Below, piece after piece: positions 59,401 through 64,000 of a DNA stretch of 64,000 nucleotides (its first letter is position 1; each line of letters begins with the position of its first letter). This DNA is from Psammoneis japonica (taxonomy: Eukaryota): assembly GCA_008632985.1 (NCBI GenBank), contig QPGO01000058.1:1-64000 (forward strand), read 5' to 3'. A program made the translations under genes and the position numbers. The notes under the pieces were generated by a model, which saw only the letters and a list, made by a program, of their open reading frames with translations, was not told where the DNA came from and made no database searches.

Positions 59401-61529
59401 CACATCTGACTGTGCATTTGGCATGTGCTGGGAGGCTGCCACTTCCTCCAAGATTTAGCCCACCAAATGCAGGTTGATGCCTTCTGACAAATTCTCCATT
59501 GGTGCAAAGCTGGATGAGTGGCGAGCCTCAGCAACCTTCTTGGACAAGGAGGACAAGATGTTGATGGCAAAGTGCAAGCAACCAAGCTGCTCGCATGTGT
59601 CTTGGATGTGCAACTGCATCATGGTGCAGACACCCCCCTTCTTTGCTCATTCAATGGAGGTGCAAGGTGATGGGAGATCTCACTCCCTTGCCACCTGGCA
59701 ATGCTGCACAGCTTCTACAAATTTGCACCAAAGTGGTCCAAAGGCACGTGACCAGACTCATGATCATGCCACTGCTGATCTTCTTGCCTGTGTGCATGCT
59801 GAGTTTCTGTTGCAGTGCATTCAGGCCCAGCGCTGTCTGCTGAGATGCAAAAGTCACAAACAAATTTGTGAAGACAAATGGCTTGTATTTTTTCATGATG
59901 AAAACACATGCGAGGTCTTAGAGCACTTCATCTTTCGCTTCGAATGAGCCAACACTGCTGTTTCAACAACCACAGGTCTGCAAGTGACATGAAACAATGC
60001 ACCAATCAGATTGTCATCATTGCAAGGAGCTGCACGATGTTTTGTTTGTGAGGAAAGGTGGTGCAATTGTCCAAAAAGGTCATTTTGTTGAAATTTTGCA
60101 ATGCATCGGCATGAGCTGCAGTCACCAGAAGGCAGTTTCCTTTGAAAATGATGATTTCTTGTCCTTTCTTCTCATGCATCATGTCTTTTCTCAATCAAAG
60201 TGGAAAGAATGCCTGCACCTTGAATGGCACCAGAGGATGTTGCCTGCATCACAAAGACAATCTTTGAGGGTGTCAAGGGTCATTTCTCGACTCGCCATGC
60301 ATGGCAATTGTGCGGGGATTTGGGATTTGTCAAAAATTTTGCAGTGTCACAAATCTTTTGATTCAGCAGCTGTGATCTGTTGTGCGCTGGTGGCCAATGG
60401 GTGGCAGTGAGGTTGAGCAAGTTCCACAAGATCAGTGCATGTCAGTGTGCCTGGAAGAGCTGAGCATCGTGTGGTGTGACAAAAGGTGCTGGCAGTTAAG
60501 GTGGTGGGGCCAGCAACCATGATGGCAAGTTCAGGCCACATCATGTGAGTGCCAGACAGAGCCAGCCAACAAAGGGCTGACAATTGGGGCAGCCTCACCG
60601 CCTTTGTTCTCTGTGGTGCCCTGGATCCTTTCCCAGGTGCCTCGCAGTGCAAGGCTTGCCCCAAATGCTGTCAAACAGCACTTGTTGGCACCAAAGATGG
60701 CTCAAAAGAAGTGAACAACCTTTTGCACCCTGGTCTTTCTCAGGTCAAATGGCCCTGTCATCTGTGCAGCAGGGTCTTGTGCCTGTGGCTGATTTGGCAG
60801 CTGTGGCAAGGAGGGCACATGCATGGCACCTGCAGCAGGGCATGCATCTCAGGGCCAGGAGACGGGTTGGATCACTTTGCCACTGTGGGCACCCCCCACA
60901 AATGTGCGGGCATTGCCATCAAAAGGCAAAAGAGCTGGGCACTATGCCAAGTCATGCAGGATGGTGGGCTGCATGGTGGCAGCCCCACACCATGCCAGGA
61001 TGATCAGCCAGCATGCTCAACTCCTCTGCTAAGAGGACTTGATGCATGAGCATGTCAGTGTTGCTTGCATTGCATGCCATGGCTGATGATGGCTCCATGG
61101 GAGTGTGTAACATGCTCCCTTGCACCGGTGCAACACAAGAGGTGTGCACTGCTGTGCATTGTCCATGGAAGGGGTTCTTGGTGGTGGCATCAGCAAAATG
61201 CTGGCAACAAGGTGCAACCTTTGACCCACAAATTGGAACCGCCGGCGTCAACAAAAATCGCGGCGTGGCGTCCCGTCAATTTCTTGCGAAATTTAGGAGT
61301 CGATCCAGTTGCAAAATGGATCACCCATCCTGTTTTGGAATAACTGTTGGACAAGATCTTCCGGTTGGATCAGCGACCTTACTTCCGCAGTCGGGCTTCG
61401 GGAGTAGACCAATGAACCCATAATAAATTATGTGGATGCCCGATTTTGTGCGGGTTCACACGAAAACCTGGATTTTGGTGACCATTCATCCTCACCTCGC
61501 TGAAAAACAAAAACGCGGAAACATACCGT

Positions 61530-62921
61530 ATGGTCTATCCATATCAGACCATGAGCTTTCTTGGGCGATTTGGATCGTTGCGGTCCGCCCCACCTTCACT
61601 GGCCATAGCCGCCTTTGTCCACGGGTACACCGAGGATGAAGTCAGACAACTGATCCGAGAAGGTGGAGACGGAAGCAAAGAAGAAGAATGGATTTCAGAA
61701 ATGCGTAACATCGGCTGCTTTGGCGGTGCTTCAACGACTGCGTCGTTAGTCGAAGATGATGAAGAAGTGTCCGACGCACGAAGTAGTCGGGAAGAGGGCG
61801 TCGATGCTGGTACATTGCTTTGGAACCGGCTTCTGAAAGCCCTCGAAGAGGACGAAGCCGACTTCAAACATCGAATTGCGATTGTTGATGCCTGCATCAA
61901 GAACAATGGCTACTTTAGCGACGAAGACCTTGGTGAATTGAATACCAAAACCGCCCGCCAGCATATTCCCTTTTCGCCATATGGGATCAGTGAAGACAGT
62001 TTTCCCTGGAACGGTTGCAAATTTGTGAATATGGCAGTTCTTCATCTCATATCCAAGCCCGACGCCGAATCCAAGAGGAACGCTGTCCGTTCGGTGAGCC
62101 GATCGTTAGGTGGGTTTCAACTTCCATCTTCGGGTAAAGTCGCTCGCACCCGTTGGCCAGGGAAGCTGTCCGAGGTAATGTCTTTGGCAATGGACAAGGC
62201 CAGAGAAGCTGGTATCTGCACCGCAGTTCAAGTGAACCTTACCGATGTAGAAATCATGAGAAACCCCAGCAAAGGTTTGTTTCGAACTCGTCCTGGTACG
62301 TACGCCCACAATTTCGTCTCCACCATCTCCCCTGATGGAGTCTATTTCTATCAAGGTTACGGTCCCCGTGGGTACACCCTACTGCAGAACATGCAGTCGC
62401 ATAACGTTGATGGTGAAGGCACTCGCTATCCTCTTTCGTTCGAGGATGCAAAGGTTTGGTTGCAGCACTTTGAAGACTTAGCTTACGAAGCAAGCGGGAA
62501 ATGGACGGTGGAGGTAAACGCCGCGTATAAGTTTTGTTTTGATGTGGACTTAGCGAAACTCGGGTGCATGAAGATTGGAAACCAGCTGGATCTCTACTAC
62601 AAAGTCGATATCATTGAGTTTGATGTTGATCGGATCGAGAAAAACTTTGCCCTCCTTCCTGCTAAGTCTCCTTCCAAGTACCCGCCTTGCAAGGATGGTG
62701 ATATTGCCAAGGCGGCCAGCCCCCCTCCAGAATACACCCCCGATGGAGGCGTGCCGCACTACTACACTCCCGAACTGAAATGCTGTGTTCGCTGTGGAAA
62801 GGAACCGGTCTCAGTCAAGCGTTGCGCAAAATGTCGCAAAGTGACTTACTGCTCCAAAGAGTGTCAAGTTGCAGATTGGAAACAACGACACAAGTACGCC
62901 TGCAAGCATTTGCGCAAATAG
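61530..62921 (+). CDS. Protein with C-terminal MYND zinc finger and uncharacterised N-terminal domain
   Basis: 'CVRCGKEPVSVKRCAKCRKVTYCSKECQVADWKQRHKYAC'; 463-aa ORF. Confidence 0.85.
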   Translation: MVYPYQTMSFLGRFGSLRSAPPSLAIAAFVHGYTEDEVRQLIREGGDGSKEEEWISEMRNIGCFGGASTTASLVEDDEEVSDARSSREEGVDAGTLLWNRLLKALEEDEADFKHRIAIVDACIKNNGYFSDEDLGELNTKTARQHIPFSPYGISEDSFPWNGCKFVNMAVLHLISKPDAESKRNAVRSVSRSLGGFQLPSSGKVARTRWPGKLSEVMSLAMDKAREAGICTAVQVNLTDVEIMRNPSKGLFRTRPGTYAHNFVSTISPDGVYFYQGYGPRGYTLLQNMQSHNVDGEGTRYPLSFEDAKVWLQHFEDLAYEASGKWTVEVNAAYKFCFDVDLAKLGCMKIGNQLDLYYKVDIIEFDVDRIEKNFALLPAKSPSKYPPCKDGDIAKAASPPPEYTPDGGVPHYYTPELKCCVRCGKEPVSVKRCAKCRKVTYCSKECQVADWKQRHKYACKHLRK

Positions 62922-63633
62922 AAAGCAAACTTAGTCTTCTCGTACCCCTTCTCCCGTGTAGTTTTGTTATGTCGATCAAAACAGACTGCTACACAATAAC
63001 CCGCTTCTCTGTTCCCCAGACACGAGCATCTAGTCGTACCGTATGCTACATGTGAAGCAGTAGCACACGCCTACCTGCAGCTCACCTTCGCGCATTAGAG
63101 ATGCCGTAGAACGTAATAGAAGGCCTTTCTTCGCTAAACGAGTCGCTCATCTACGGATATTTCACTTTTGCCAATCCCAGAGAACAACACACCAGTTCTC
63201 CGCATTAGAGCATAATTGTTGTCACCCGAGGCGGGCTTGGCAACTGACAGAGCATGGACGAAGAAGCATTGTAACCTGTTTTCTGGGGGACTTGCACGAA
63301 GGGACAACCGATGGGAATGATGCTGCTCGAGTGTGAGCCATTTGTGTGGCATTTTTGATGGATTTTTGTGTGGCAGTCTGAGGCATTCCTCGTGGAGTTT
63401 TGCAGCTCAGCCGACCAAAAGTCCGTAAAGGCAGTATATATAGTGCTAACTCGTGGCAATCGTTGAGTTGATTGATTAATTTCTAAACGAAAATACGATT
63501 AATTTCTCCCACAGATCCCGAACCATTCGCCCGTCACCGTAGCTAGCCGCCAACTCACCAGCAAACCTGGTACACCTCAAGATTCGATAGATTAGCAATA
63601 TCATACCCGCCCGACTTGCACAGTATGCAGCTG

Positions 63634-64000
63634 TTACTGTTTCTCGTCTCTCCTCTCACTGCACTCACGTTTTTGTCCCTTGAGCCATCCCTTTCGTTGA
63701 CATTCTTGAGAACAATAAAATTTCTGTTTGCATCGACTGCATCGCTTTAGTTTGTACCCAAGTGCGCATTTTCCGCAAACGTCGCAAGGCTCCACGGCGT
63801 CACCAAGGCGTCGTCCTCGAAAGCCATCAAGAAGTTCATCGACCTTTTTCTCCAGCAATCTCCATGGTGACGTCCTCGAGAGCTCCTTCTGGCTTTTCCG
63901 GAAGACAAGCATAAAAGGTCCAACAGCGGACAAAAGCTTCGAACAATCTCTTTTCTTCTTCTTCCGGAACTGGCTCATCTTTGTTGTCATTCATGAATCC
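63634..64000 (-). CDS. 3' part of a MYND zinc-finger protein (probably continues beyond the window)
   Basis: 'CDVCGK...LKRCSRCKQKFYCSQECQRKGWLKGQKREC'. Confidence 0.75.

Overview
Eukaryotic genomic DNA, most likely from a diatom (inferred from short GT-AG introns, CoDi-type Copia elements and diatom-style protein families). The window has two compartments. (1) Two transposon graveyards (about 1-20,150 and 45,950-61,240) hold a minus-strand Copia element, a tandem array of Penelope-like retroelements (PLEs) embedded in (GA)n tracts, a tyrosine-recombinase (DIRS/Ngaro-like) retrotransposon interrupted by a second Copia, and unclassified relics. (2) Normal gene-rich DNA (about 20.2-45.9 kb and 61.3-64 kb) holds two tandem G8/beta-helix/CBM surface-protein genes (one disrupted), two DNAJC11-like genes, EFG1, a sarcosine-oxidase-family gene, two MYND-finger genes and hypothetical genes. 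The main signal is that the TE blocks have lost both CpG and TpA, each converted to TpG/CpA. Conserved Tyr codons become Cys/His, Arg becomes Cys/His/stop, and TAA/TAG stops vanish. The borders are sharp and the neighbouring tandem gene duplicates are spared. This points to a repeat-targeted hypermutation process that is not fungal RIP, which creates TpA. A second signal is seven type-I hammerhead ribozyme motifs in the PLE terminal repeats, with no GIY-YIG endonuclease visible. All calls are by eye; no database searches were run.
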